A DNA stretch of 64,000 bases. It comes from a bacterium. Its GTDB lineage: Bacteria > Vulcanimicrobiota > Xenobia > Xenobiales > Xenobiaceae. The DNA lies in contig JALHDH010000002.1 of assembly GCA_022839105.1 (NCBI GenBank), positions 8,943-72,942 on the forward strand. Reading direction: 5' to 3'. Made by a program: the position numbers and the translations under genes. The stretch's first letter is position 1; every line of letters starts with the position of its first letter. This document shows positions 16,250 to 25,378 of the stretch, piece by piece. A model generated the notes under the pieces. The model saw only the letters and a program-made list of their open reading frames with translations. It searched no databases and was not told the origin of the DNA.

Positions 16250-17674
16250 ATGGGCCCAGGACCCCTGGTCGATCTGGCCCGATACTCGGTGCCTTCGACC
16301 ATCCGCCGCCTGGGCGCCGACCCCGGGCCACTCGGACGAGGCGTCACCATCGCCTTCCTGGACTCCGGGTTCTATCCTCATGCCGATCTGGAGGGGCGCC
16401 TGCTGGCCTTCCACGACGCCAGCGGCCAGGCCGGCTCCCTGGAGCCCGAGCAGTGTCGGAACCCGTGGAACTGGCACGGAATGCAGACCTCGGTGGTGGC
16501 GGCCGGAGACGGCAGGCTCTCCAGGGGGCGTTATCGCGGGCTGGCCAGCGGGGCCCGGGTGGTGCTGGTCCAGGTCAGTCGCCAGGGGCGGATCTGCGAC
16601 GAACTGATCGTGGCCGGCCTGGAGTGGGTCCGGGCTCATCGCGAGCGTTTCGGGATCCGGATCCTGAACATCTCGGTGGGGAGCAACCAGGATGGCTCCT
16701 TCCTGGATTCAGAGATCGCCCAGGCCGCCGAGGCTGCGGTGGGGGACGGGATCCTGGTGGTGGCCGCGGCAGGGAATGATGGAGGGCTGCCCCGGGCCCC
16801 CGCCAATGCCCCCTCGGTGCTGACCGTGGGGGGCTGCGTCTCGCGCGAGGCCTGCAGTCCCGAAGAGGTCGAGCTCTATCGCAACAGCTTCGGAGTCCTC
16901 CTCGACCTGGTGGTCAAGCCGGAGGTGATCGCTCCCGCGGCCTGGGTCGCCGCACCGCTGCTCCCCGGCTCGGTCCAGGAGCGCCGGGTGGAATACCTGT
17001 ATCGCCTGGCCTCGGCTACCGGCGATGAGGCCCGCGACCTGCTGGCCCATCCCGCGCCCGAGGCGCGGTTGCCCGCCAACCTCCAGGCCCTCCCGCGGGA
17101 GACCCTGCGCAGCCTCATCGAAGCCGGGCTGCAGCGCGACAAGGTCGTCTCGCGGCATTACCAGCACGTCGACGGAACCTCCTTTGCCGCCCCCATCGTG
17201 GCCTCGGTGGCCGCCCAGATGTTGGAGGTCGAGCCCTCGCTCTCGCCGGCCGCGCTCCGTCAGATCCTCATGTCCACCGCGGACCGGGTCCGCAAGGGGG
17301 ACCTCCTCTCGCAGGGATGCGGCGTGGTCAATCCCCGGCGCGCCGTCGAGGAGGCCGGACAGACCTGGACGCCTACGCAGATCTGCGAGTTGCGCCCGCC
17401 TCTGGTGGAGGACGGACGCCTGAGCTTCGTCTACGTCCGCCCTGGGGCCCGACGCGTCGAGCTTGTGGGAGACTTCAACGGCTGGGAGACCGGGCGGCAC
17501 TTCTTCGAAGAGGTCCTGGACGGACTGTGGCGGGTCGAGATGGACGCTCCCGCTCCAGGCCGCTACCACTACAAGTTCCTGGTGGACGGGACGGACTGGC
17601 TGGAGGACCCCTCCAACCTCTTCCGCAAGCCCAACGGATACGGGGGATTCGACTCGGTGCTGAACCTGACCTGA
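16250..17674 (+). CDS. Subtilisin-like S8 serine peptidase fused to a C-terminal CBM48/AMPK-beta glycogen-binding domain; no signal peptide
   Basis: Catalytic blocks are VTIAFLDSGF (Asp), HGMQTSVVAAG (His) and GTSFAAPIVASVAAQ (Ser). The C-terminus reads YVRPGARRVELVGDFNGWE...WRVEMDAPAPGRYHYKFLVDGTDWLEDP. A GGAGG RBS lies upstream. Confidence 0.75.
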   Translation: MGPGPLVDLARYSVPSTIRRLGADPGPLGRGVTIAFLDSGFYPHADLEGRLLAFHDASGQAGSLEPEQCRNPWNWHGMQTSVVAAGDGRLSRGRYRGLASGARVVLVQVSRQGRICDELIVAGLEWVRAHRERFGIRILNISVGSNQDGSFLDSEIAQAAEAAVGDGILVVAAAGNDGGLPRAPANAPSVLTVGGCVSREACSPEEVELYRNSFGVLLDLVVKPEVIAPAAWVAAPLLPGSVQERRVEYLYRLASATGDEARDLLAHPAPEARLPANLQALPRETLRSLIEAGLQRDKVVSRHYQHVDGTSFAAPIVASVAAQMLEVEPSLSPAALRQILMSTADRVRKGDLLSQGCGVVNPRRAVEEAGQTWTPTQICELRPPLVEDGRLSFVYVRPGARRVELVGDFNGWETGRHFFEEVLDGLWRVEMDAPAPGRYHYKFLVDGTDWLEDPSNLFRKPNGYGGFDSVLNLT

Positions 17675-17704
17675 GCGCCCGGGCGACCCTCCGGGAGGGC
17701 AGGC

Positions 17705-18703
17705 CTACATCTCGGCCTTGGGGGCCCGGGCCAGCAGGTTCCGCACGGCCTCGGCAACCGAGTGCTCTCCCTGCAGGATCCGATGGGTCTCCTCGATCAG
17801 CGGGACCTCGATTTCATGGCGCCGGGCCAGCTCCAGGCCGCTTCGGGCCGTCAGGACCCCCTCGGCCACCTGGCCCAGGTCGGCCAGGATCTGCTCCAGG
17901 TCCTCTCCACGCCCCAGGCGCAGGCCGACCTGACGGTTGCGACTGAGGTCTCCGGTGGCCGTCAGGAGCAGATCCCCCAGGCCGCTCAGTCCCGTGACGG
18001 TGGCCGCCTGCCCTCCCAGGGCCACGACCAGCCTTCGGATCTCGGCCAGGCCTCGGGTCAGGAGGGCCGCGCGGGCGTTCTGACCCATGCCGAAGCCGTC
18101 GGTCACGCCGGCGGCCAGGGCGATCAGGTTTTTGAGCACGCCTCCGAGTTCGACTCCCACCATGTCCGTCGAGGTGTAGATCCTCATCGCGCCGTGGTGA
18201 TAGAGGCGGCTGGCGCGCTGGGCGGCCGGGAGGGTGGGAGCGGCCGCGGTCACGGCCGTGGGCAGGCCTCGGAGCACCTCCAGGGCAAAGGAGGGGCCGG
18301 AGAGGACCGAAATCCGCTCCAGCCGACCCCACTCCTCGGCCAGGACCTCCGACATGCGCAGCAGGGTCTGGAGTTCCAGGCCCTTGGTGGTGCTGACCAC
18401 CAGGGCTTCCTGAGGAATGGCCTCCCGGGCAGCCCGAGCCACCGGGCGCACGGCCGTGGAGGGCAAGGCAACCACCACCGCGTTCTTGCCGGCCACGGCG
18501 CGTTCCAGGTCGGGCTCGCCCCGGATTCCCGCAGCCAGGCGGAACTCGCCGAAGAAGCGGGGGTGGAAGCCCGCCTGGACGGCCTCCAGGGCGCGGGGAT
18601 CCCGGCCCCAGAGGGTCACCTCCAGGCCAGCCCGGCGCAGGTGGTGGGCCTGGGCGGTTCCCCAACTTCCCGAGCCCAGGACGACGACGGGCCCGGTCAG
18701 CAT
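17705..18703 (-). CDS. gpsA: NAD(P)H-dependent glycerol-3-phosphate dehydrogenase
   Basis: 332 aa. Motifs are VVLGSGSWGTAQAHHL, LSGPSFA and GVLKNLIALAAG. Confidence 0.9.
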   Translation of the reverse strand: MLTGPVVVLGSGSWGTAQAHHLRRAGLEVTLWGRDPRALEAVQAGFHPRFFGEFRLAAGIRGEPDLERAVAGKNAVVVALPSTAVRPVARAAREAIPQEALVVSTTKGLELQTLLRMSEVLAEEWGRLERISVLSGPSFALEVLRGLPTAVTAAAPTLPAAQRASRLYHHGAMRIYTSTDMVGVELGGVLKNLIALAAGVTDGFGMGQNARAALLTRGLAEIRRLVVALGGQAATVTGLSGLGDLLLTATGDLSRNRQVGLRLGRGEDLEQILADLGQVAEGVLTARSGLELARRHEIEVPLIEETHRILQGEHSVAEAVRNLLARAPKAEM

Positions 18704-18778
18704 CGGAGTCTCATCAGCACTCGCGGCACGCAGCGCGATTTCCCTCCCCGAGCCGTCGCCTCCTCTCGCCGGGTCCGT

Positions 18779-19939
18779 CTAAAGGGCCCGGCTTCGGGGC
18801 CTGGTTGCGGCAGGTCTTGTTTCGCGCGCCCTCCAGGCCTGACGGGGGATGCGCACGGAGAGGTCGCGCTCGAACTGGCGCCAGCGATCCCGGTCGGTCT
18901 CGGTGAGCAGGGTCACCGCCCGTCCGGCCCGGCCCATGCGGCCCGTCCGGCCCACGCGGTGGGTCAGGAGCTCGGCGGTCTCGGGCAACTCGTAGTTCAC
19001 CACGACCTCGACGCCGTCCACGTCCAGGCCTCGGGCCGCCACGTTGGTGGCCACCAGGATCGGAGCCTGCCCGCTGCGGAAGGAGGCCATCTCGCGATCG
19101 CGAGCGTTCTGGCTCATGTTCCCCTGCAGGATGGCCACCCGATAGCCCAGCCCGGAGAGTTGGCGGCCCAGCTTGCGGACCCCGTGCTTGGTGCGGCCGA
19201 AGACGATGGCGGGACCCTCCTGGTGATCGAGGATCTCGCGGAGGGCTTCCATCCGGCGGGTCGAGTCCACCTCCAGGGCCACGTGTTCGATCTTCGGGCG
19301 ATCCTCGGGCCGGGTGTCCACGGCCACCTGGACGGGCTGGTAGAGGTGCTTGCTGGCCACCGACTGGACCCAGGCCGGGAGGGTGGCGCTGAACATGGCG
19401 GTCTGGCGCTCCTTGGGAGCCGGAGTGCCGGCCAGGATGCGCCCGACATCGGGTGCAAAGCCCCGATCCAGCATCTCGTCGGCCTCATCCAGGACCATGT
19501 AGACCAGGCGATCCAGCTTCAAGGTCCCCTTCCGCATCAGGTCCAGGACCCGGCCGGGAGCTCCGACCACCACCTGGGCTCCTCGCCTCAGGGCTTGCTC
19601 TTGAGGGCCGGCTGAGACTCCACCCACGACCCGGACCACCCTCACGCCGTCCGCACGGCCCAGATGCTCGAGGACTTCGGCCACCTGGGCGGCCAGTTCG
19701 CGGGTGGGGACCAGGACCAGGGCCTGGACCCAGTGGTTCTCGGGTTCGATCATCTCCAGCAGGGGGATGCCGAAGGCCAGGGTCTTGCCGGAGCCGGTCC
19801 GAGCCTGACCGACCACGTCGCGACCTTCCAGCAGCGGCGGGATGGCGCGCTCCTGGATCGGGGTCGGGGCGTGGATCCCCATCTCGCGCAGTGCGCGGCA
19901 GGTGCCCGGGAGCAGATCGAAGGGGGAAAAGGAACTCAA
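18779..19939 (-). CDS. DEAD-box ATP-dependent RNA helicase (RhlE/DeaD-like)
   Basis: Q-motif PTPIQ, Walker A ARTGSGKT, PTRELA, VLDEADEMLD (DEAD), SAT and HRVGRTGR. Confidence 0.85.
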   Translation of the reverse strand: MSSFSPFDLLPGTCRALREMGIHAPTPIQERAIPPLLEGRDVVGQARTGSGKTLAFGIPLLEMIEPENHWVQALVLVPTRELAAQVAEVLEHLGRADGVRVVRVVGGVSAGPQEQALRRGAQVVVGAPGRVLDLMRKGTLKLDRLVYMVLDEADEMLDRGFAPDVGRILAGTPAPKERQTAMFSATLPAWVQSVASKHLYQPVQVAVDTRPEDRPKIEHVALEVDSTRRMEALREILDHQEGPAIVFGRTKHGVRKLGRQLSGLGYRVAILQGNMSQNARDREMASFRSGQAPILVATNVAARGLDVDGVEVVVNYELPETAELLTHRVGRTGRMGRAGRAVTLLTETDRDRWRQFERDLSVRIPRQAWRARETRPAATRPRSRAL

Positions 19940-20164
19940 GGTGTTGATGCCTCCGCGATCCGGGAGGTCGCCAGGGGAAGCGGGCCGGGACTGAAGGTCT
20001 CCGCGTGGGCGGGGGCCCGGAAGTCTCTCTCCGAAGGAATCCGGCGCCCCGAGGGGGCGCCTGGCGAGGTCAGGATCGAACGTCTGTTGGAATGACTCAG
20101 TCTAGCACAGGCGTCAAGCCGGCCTTTGAGACCTGTCTTGAGGGGCCGGAGCCAGGGATGGGGC

Positions 20165-21685
20165 TCAGGAATCGGAGGGACGGCCCAGCGCGAAGTCGAC
20201 CAGGCTCAGCAGCCCGTTGACGTCGAAGGGCTTGGAGAGGAAGGCCACGGCCCCGTGTTCGAGCATGTTGGCGCTGCGCTCGTCTGCCCCGTAGCCGCTC
20301 ATCACGACCACCCGCAGGTCGGGGTTCAGCTCGCGCATCTTCTCGAAGGCCTCCTGTCCCCCCATCACGGGCATGGTCAGATCCAGGAAGACCATCTTGA
20401 TTTCCCGGCCGTGGGTCTTGAGCAGTTCGACCGCCTCCAGGCCGTTGCGGGCCGTCAGGGCCCGATAGCCGCGTCGGCGCAGGGCGGCCCCGGCGAAGAG
20501 GCGGATGGCCTCCTCGTCGTCCGCGAAGAGGACCAGCTCGTTGGCCGACCGATCCAACAGGGAGGTCTCCGGGGGCTGGGCGCCGGGTGGCTCGTGAGCC
20601 GGGAGGGCGGGCTCGCGGGGGGCGGCGGGAGTGAAGGGCAGGAGCACCATGAACCGGGTTCCTAGGCCCTCTTCGCTGACGAAGCTGACCAGGCCCCCGT
20701 GGCTGCGGATGATCCCGTAGGTGGTGGCCAGGCCCAGTCCGCTCCGGGAGTCCTCGCGGGTGGTGAAGAAGGGGCGGAAGATGCGGGCCTGGATCTCCTT
20801 GGGGATGCCTCGGCCGGTGTCCCCCACCTCGAAGAGGAGGTAGCGGCCCGGGGCCGCTCCGGGGAAGTGCTGGCGGTGGTCTTCGTTCATCTCCACCAGG
20901 GAGCTGCGGAACACGATCACCCCCGGGTTGTCGGCCAGGGCATCGCGGGCGTTCAGGGCCAGGTTCACGAAGGCCTGTCGCAACTGCTCAGGGTCGGACT
21001 CGATCTGGCAAGGGTCGGCCTGAAGATCGACTCCGATCTCGATGTTCCGGGGGAAGGTCTGGCGGACCAGCTCGACGACGCCCTGGAAGACCTCGGAGGG
21101 GTCGCAGGATTCCTCCCGGCGCACGTGGCGCCTTCCAAAGGTGAGAAGCTGACCGGCCAGGTTCAGGCCTCGCCGGGCTGCGCTCTGCACCTGGCCGAGC
21201 AGGACCCGCGACGGGGTATCCTTGGCGTCCAGGACCAGCAGATCGGTCAACCCCAGGATCGCAGTGCCCACGTTGTTGAATTCATGTGCCAGTTCCCCGG
21301 AGAGCTCCGAGAGGGCCTCGACCCTTTGGGCCCGGTTGGTGTGTTCTTCGCGCTGCCTGCGTCGGGCCACGTCCTGCAAAACGGCATAGACGGGCCCCTC
21401 GGGCTGGACGGGATCCCCGTGGACCAGGACCTCCAGGAGCACTCCGTCGGGCATGGACACCAGGCTGCTCCAGGAATCGGCGCCCTCGCGCACGGTCCGG
21501 GCTGCCAGGGTCAGGGCCTCGGCCAGGATGGCGAGCTCGCCGTCCTGGGGGAGAGGGCGGCCGGCCCCTTCCTTCAACTCAAGAATGCGGGCAGCCTCTC
21601 GGTCGGGAAGGAATTGCCCGTCGGCCTCGATCCGGATCGTGCCGAAGGGGATCTCCGAGCCGGTGAAGGGAGTCGAGTTGCTCAT
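20165..21685 (-). CDS. Hybrid sensor histidine kinase (PAS-like sensor, HisKA, HATPase, C-terminal receiver)
   Basis: H-box LAHEFNNVGTAILG. The ATPase has N (ALNARDA), G1 (DTGRGIP) and G2 (GLGL) blocks. The receiver is VLFADDEEAI...VFLDLTMPVMGG...VVVMSGY. Confidence 0.8.
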   Translation of the reverse strand: MSNSTPFTGSEIPFGTIRIEADGQFLPDREAARILELKEGAGRPLPQDGELAILAEALTLAARTVREGADSWSSLVSMPDGVLLEVLVHGDPVQPEGPVYAVLQDVARRRQREEHTNRAQRVEALSELSGELAHEFNNVGTAILGLTDLLVLDAKDTPSRVLLGQVQSAARRGLNLAGQLLTFGRRHVRREESCDPSEVFQGVVELVRQTFPRNIEIGVDLQADPCQIESDPEQLRQAFVNLALNARDALADNPGVIVFRSSLVEMNEDHRQHFPGAAPGRYLLFEVGDTGRGIPKEIQARIFRPFFTTREDSRSGLGLATTYGIIRSHGGLVSFVSEEGLGTRFMVLLPFTPAAPREPALPAHEPPGAQPPETSLLDRSANELVLFADDEEAIRLFAGAALRRRGYRALTARNGLEAVELLKTHGREIKMVFLDLTMPVMGGQEAFEKMRELNPDLRVVVMSGYGADERSANMLEHGAVAFLSKPFDVNGLLSLVDFALGRPSDS

Positions 21686-21851
21686 GGTGGGGAGGCTTTC
21701 GGCGAAGCAGGGAAGCTGCCCTTTCCATCAGGCGAATCTGATCCGGCCTTTCCCCGCCTCGTCTCCTCCGAAAGGCCAGGAAACTCCGTTTCTTGGAAAA
21801 CCGAGGCCCGTCGGGTAGGGCTTCGAGTCGATCTTGCGAATAGGCGGACCC

Positions 21852-22064
21852 ATGAATCCTCAGAGCCATTGGGAGCGTTGGAAGGCGCTGGCGGCCCGGG
21901 CTGCCACCTTTCAGGCCAGGGTCCTGCTGGTGGCCTTCTATTGGGTGGTGGTGACTCCCTTCGCCCTGCTCTTGCAGGCCTTTGCGGACCCCCTGGAGCT
22001 TCGGAACCCCGAGGGCGGACGCTGGTCCCGACCCGCGGCCGGCGACCCCCGGCGGCAGCACTGA
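21852..22064 (+). CDS. Small single-TM protein upstream of the carbamoyltransferase (SxtJ-like candidate)
   Basis: 70 aa (MNPQSHWERWKALAARAATFQARVLLVAFYWVVVTPFALLL...). Its TGA overlaps the carbamoyltransferase ATG (TGATG at 22062-22066). An alternative TTG lies at 21834. Confidence 0.45.
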   Translation: MNPQSHWERWKALAARAATFQARVLLVAFYWVVVTPFALLLQAFADPLELRNPEGGRWSRPAAGDPRRQH

Positions 22065-25000
22065 TGAGGGTCCTGGGGATTTCCTGCTTCTATCACGACG
22101 CTGCGGCGGCTTTGCTGGTGGATGGGCACCTCGTCGCCGCGGCCGAGGAGGAGCGCTTCTCGCGGGTCAAGCACGACTGGGAGTTCCCTTCCCACGCGGT
22201 CCGGTTCTGCCTGGACCGGGCCGGGATCACCGGGGCCGACCTGGACCTGGTCGTCTTCTACGAGAAGCCCTTCTGGAAGTTCGACCGGATCCTGATGTCC
22301 ACCCTGGCCACCTGGCCCCGTTCGATGGTGGCCTTTCGGGAGGCCATGTTGGTCTGGCTCCTGGATAAGTTGTGGGCCCGGGATCTGCTCCAGGAGCGGA
22401 TCGGCTGCCAGCGGGATCGGATCGTCTTCTGTCCCCACCACATGTCCCACGCCGCCAGCGCCTTCTATCCTTCGGGGCTTGAGAAGTCCGCGATCCTGAC
22501 CGTGGACGGGGTGGGCGAGTGGGCCACCGGAACCCGGGGGACCGCCTGGGACCAGGAGATCCTCCTGGACGAGGAGATGCGCTACCCCCACTCATTGGGG
22601 TTGTTGTACAGCGCCTTCACGGCCTTCCTGGGCTTCCAGGTCAACGAGGGCGAATACAAGGTCATGGGCATGGCGCCCTACGGGCAGCCCCGCTTCGCGG
22701 ATCTGATCCTGGACAAGATGGTCCATCTGCGTCCGGACGGCTCCTTCCGCCTGGACATGGACTGCTTCGCCTACCACCACTCGGCCTTCCATTCCTTCAG
22801 CGAGCGCTTCGTCGAGTTGCTGGGGCCGGCTCGGACCCGGGAAGAGGCGAACCTCCTGGACCCCCACTATGCCGACGTGGCGGCCAGCATCCAGAAGGTT
22901 GCCGAGGAGATCCTGGTCCGACAGGCTTCCTGGCTGCACCGACGGACAGGGCACGAGGCCCTGTGCATGGCCGGAGGAGTCGCCCTGAACTCGGTGGCCA
23001 ACTCCCGGATCCTGCGCGAGTCGGGCTTCAAGAAGCTGTACATCCAACCCGCCGCCGGCGACGGGGGAGGTGCCCTGGGAGCCGCCCTCTGGGGCTACCA
23101 TCAGGTCCTGGGCGGGCGCGAACGTTTCCGGATGGATCACTGCTATTGGGGACAGGAACATTCCGACCAGGCCATCGCCGATTTCCTGCGCTCGGAAGGC
23201 CACGCCTACCAGGAATTCTCCGACCTGGAAGCGGTCCATTCGGAGGTGGCCGAACGCCTGGCCTGTGGACAGGTGGTGGGCTGGATGCAGGGGCGCTTCG
23301 AGTGGGGCCCTCGGGCCCTGGGCGCGCGCAGCATCCTGGCCGACCCCCGGGCGGCCCACATGAAGGACGTCGTCAACGCCCGGATCAAGTTCCGGGAGCC
23401 CTTCCGCCCCTTCGCACCCTCCGTTCTGGCCGAGCGGGTGGAGGATTACTTCGATCTTCCCGACGCGCCGGGGGTGGACCCGGCCCGCTTCATGCTGATG
23501 GTGGTCCCGGTCCGGCCCGATCGCCGGGACGAGATCCCCGCCGTGACCCACGTGGACGGCACCGCCCGCATCCAGGCCGTGCACCGGGAACAGAGTCCCG
23601 AATACCACGGGGTGATCTCGAGTTTCTGCCAGCTCACCGGGGTTCCGGTGGTCCTGAACACTTCGTTCAACCTGCGCGGCGAGCCCATCGTCAATACTCC
23701 TGCCGAGGCCTACTCGACCTTTGCCCGCTCGGACATGGATGCCCTGGTCATGGGCCGCTTCCTGGTCAGCCGCCGGGCGGCGGGTGAGGGGCGGCTGGTC
23801 CCAGGAGCGGAGCTGGAGAAGTGGGCCCACGCCCCCCAGAGGGTCTCTGGGACCGAGAACCGTCCAGAGTCCCGTCCGGCTCTTGCCGAGTCCGGTCACG
23901 GTCTTTTCGGAGTGCGCCCGGAAGAGTCGCCAGCCTCCGGCCCGAACGGCGTCTCACCGGCTTCGCTCCTGGGGAAGGTGGCGCTGGTCCTGCTGGCCAG
24001 CCTGGTCCTCCTGGAGATCCTGGTCCGCTTCCTGGTGCCCAATCCCAACATGCAGCTTCGCGGCATGTACCTCGAGGACGAGGAGGGAATCCGGCTTCGG
24101 CCGGGCTGGCAGGGCAGGATCCACAACGCGGAGTTCGACACCCGGGTCGAGATCGGTCCGGACGGCCGGCGGGATCTCCCCGAGCCCCCGCCGGACCCGA
24201 CGGCGACGGTCCTGGCCCTGGGGGATTCCTTCACCTTCGGCTGCTGGTCGGACTCCGACTCGACCTGGCTTGCCCGCCTGCAGCGAGCCGGCGGGGTCCG
24301 GGTCCTCAACGCCGGGGTTCCCAACGCGGGAACCGACGCCGAGGCGGCCTGGCTGCGCGGCCCGGGGGCCGGGATCCCGGCGGATCTGCTCCTGGTGGCC
24401 TTCTATACGGGCAACGACTTCCACGACAACCTGGTGGGACGGGACGCCTTCACCCTGGATTCCGGCTTCCTGGTGCTCAAGCCCGCCGCCGAGGCCCGTT
24501 GGAGCGGGTACGATTGTCTGGGGCGGACCCCTCCGCCCCGGACCGACCTGCCTCCAGATGCCCGCCGCCCCTGGTATCGCGGGGCTTTGATGCGCAGTCA
24601 CCTGTATCAGTATGTGCGTTCGCGGGTGTATGGGGGCACGCGTTCGGCCCTGCGCCCCTCCTTGCCCCAGGCCTGGTTCCTGCGCCGCTACACCCCCGAG
24701 ATGGAGCAGGCCCTGTTCAAGACCAACCAGCACCTCGACGACCTGCTGGCCCAGGCCAGATCGCGGGGGATTCCAATGGCCCTGGTTGTCATCCCCTCCT
24801 CCCAGGAGGTCTACGACGAGGAATGGCAGGCCTGGCTGGCGGCCTGGGAGCTGGAGGATGGGCTCTTCGATCGCTCCAGGCCGCGCCGCTTCCTGCTGGA
24901 CTGGGCCCGCCAGAGGAATGTGCCGGCCCTGGACCTGCTTCCATCGCTTCGGGGGCGGGAGCGTCTGTACTATCGGGCGGACATGCACTGGAATGACCTG

Positions 25001-25075
25001 GGCCACTTCCAGGCGGGTGAGAAGGTCGCGGAGTTCCTGCGCGAGCAGGGTCTTTCCGGAGAGGTGGGACGATGA
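22064..25075 (+). CDS. NodU/CmcH-family carbamoyltransferase fused via a TM helix to an AlgX/AlgJ-like SGNH (DHHW-type) domain
   Basis: 1003 aa. The N-domain starts MRVLGISCFYHDAAAALLVDGHLVAAAEEERFSRVKHD. The C-domain has HVDGTARIQAV and VVLNTSFNLRGEPIV. A TM segment is VALVLLASLVLLEILVRFLV. The SGNH blocks are LALGDSFTFGC, NAG, TGND and YYRADMHWNDLGH. The 455 codons upstream in the same ORF are antisense to the histidine kinase and were rejected. Confidence 0.8.
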   Translation: MRVLGISCFYHDAAAALLVDGHLVAAAEEERFSRVKHDWEFPSHAVRFCLDRAGITGADLDLVVFYEKPFWKFDRILMSTLATWPRSMVAFREAMLVWLLDKLWARDLLQERIGCQRDRIVFCPHHMSHAASAFYPSGLEKSAILTVDGVGEWATGTRGTAWDQEILLDEEMRYPHSLGLLYSAFTAFLGFQVNEGEYKVMGMAPYGQPRFADLILDKMVHLRPDGSFRLDMDCFAYHHSAFHSFSERFVELLGPARTREEANLLDPHYADVAASIQKVAEEILVRQASWLHRRTGHEALCMAGGVALNSVANSRILRESGFKKLYIQPAAGDGGGALGAALWGYHQVLGGRERFRMDHCYWGQEHSDQAIADFLRSEGHAYQEFSDLEAVHSEVAERLACGQVVGWMQGRFEWGPRALGARSILADPRAAHMKDVVNARIKFREPFRPFAPSVLAERVEDYFDLPDAPGVDPARFMLMVVPVRPDRRDEIPAVTHVDGTARIQAVHREQSPEYHGVISSFCQLTGVPVVLNTSFNLRGEPIVNTPAEAYSTFARSDMDALVMGRFLVSRRAAGEGRLVPGAELEKWAHAPQRVSGTENRPESRPALAESGHGLFGVRPEESPASGPNGVSPASLLGKVALVLLASLVLLEILVRFLVPNPNMQLRGMYLEDEEGIRLRPGWQGRIHNAEFDTRVEIGPDGRRDLPEPPPDPTATVLALGDSFTFGCWSDSDSTWLARLQRAGGVRVLNAGVPNAGTDAEAAWLRGPGAGIPADLLLVAFYTGNDFHDNLVGRDAFTLDSGFLVLKPAAEARWSGYDCLGRTPPPRTDLPPDARRPWYRGALMRSHLYQYVRSRVYGGTRSALRPSLPQAWFLRRYTPEMEQALFKTNQHLDDLLAQARSRGIPMALVVIPSSQEVYDEEWQAWLAAWELEDGLFDRSRPRRFLLDWARQRNVPALDLLPSLRGRERLYYRADMHWNDLGHFQAGEKVAEFLREQGLSGEVGR

Positions 25076-25251
25076 GGGAAGCCTTCCGCAAACTGGGTCG
25101 GCGAGTCGAGACGGCCCGGGACTTCCTGGGCTGGATGGCCCGCACCCGCCCCTGGCTGATGCCGGTCCTGCTGGGGCTGATGCTCCTGGCCGGGTTGGTC
25201 TCGTTGGCCCAGGCCACCCACGTGGCCCCGTTCATCTACACGCTCTTCTGA
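25072..25251 (+). CDS. Small single-TM protein downstream of the carbamoyltransferase (DUF5989/SxtK-like candidate), 59 aa
   Basis: ATGA overlap with the upstream stop. Sequence MREAFRKLGRRVETARDFLGWMARTRPWLMPVLLGLMLLAGLVSLAQATHVAPFIYTLF. It is below the ORF-track size cutoff. Confidence 0.5.
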   Translation: MREAFRKLGRRVETARDFLGWMARTRPWLMPVLLGLMLLAGLVSLAQATHVAPFIYTLF

Positions 25252-25378
25252 GTCCCCGGCGAAGGAGCCGGACTCCGGATCAGGCCTCCCATCCCCTGCA
25301 TCCGCCAGGAAAAGGGTGACGCCGCGAACCCGGTGGATTCCACCGGATCGCGGCGTCCTGCTTCGGGCTCGACCGGCC

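Noticed and set aside
19940-20164. Possible terminator hairpins between the helicase start and the histidine-kinase stop (e.g. GGCGCCCC-GAG-GGGGCGCC at about 20042-20060)
   Set aside because: The stems are present but U-tracts are lacking, and the orientation is ambiguous. I did not call a feature.
20699-22063. 455-codon N-terminal extension of the 1458-aa ORF containing the carbamoyltransferase
   Set aside because: It is antisense to the histidine-kinase gene and low-complexity. The carbamoyltransferase family N-terminus (MRVLGISCFYHD) begins at 22064, right after a coupled upstream mini ORF.
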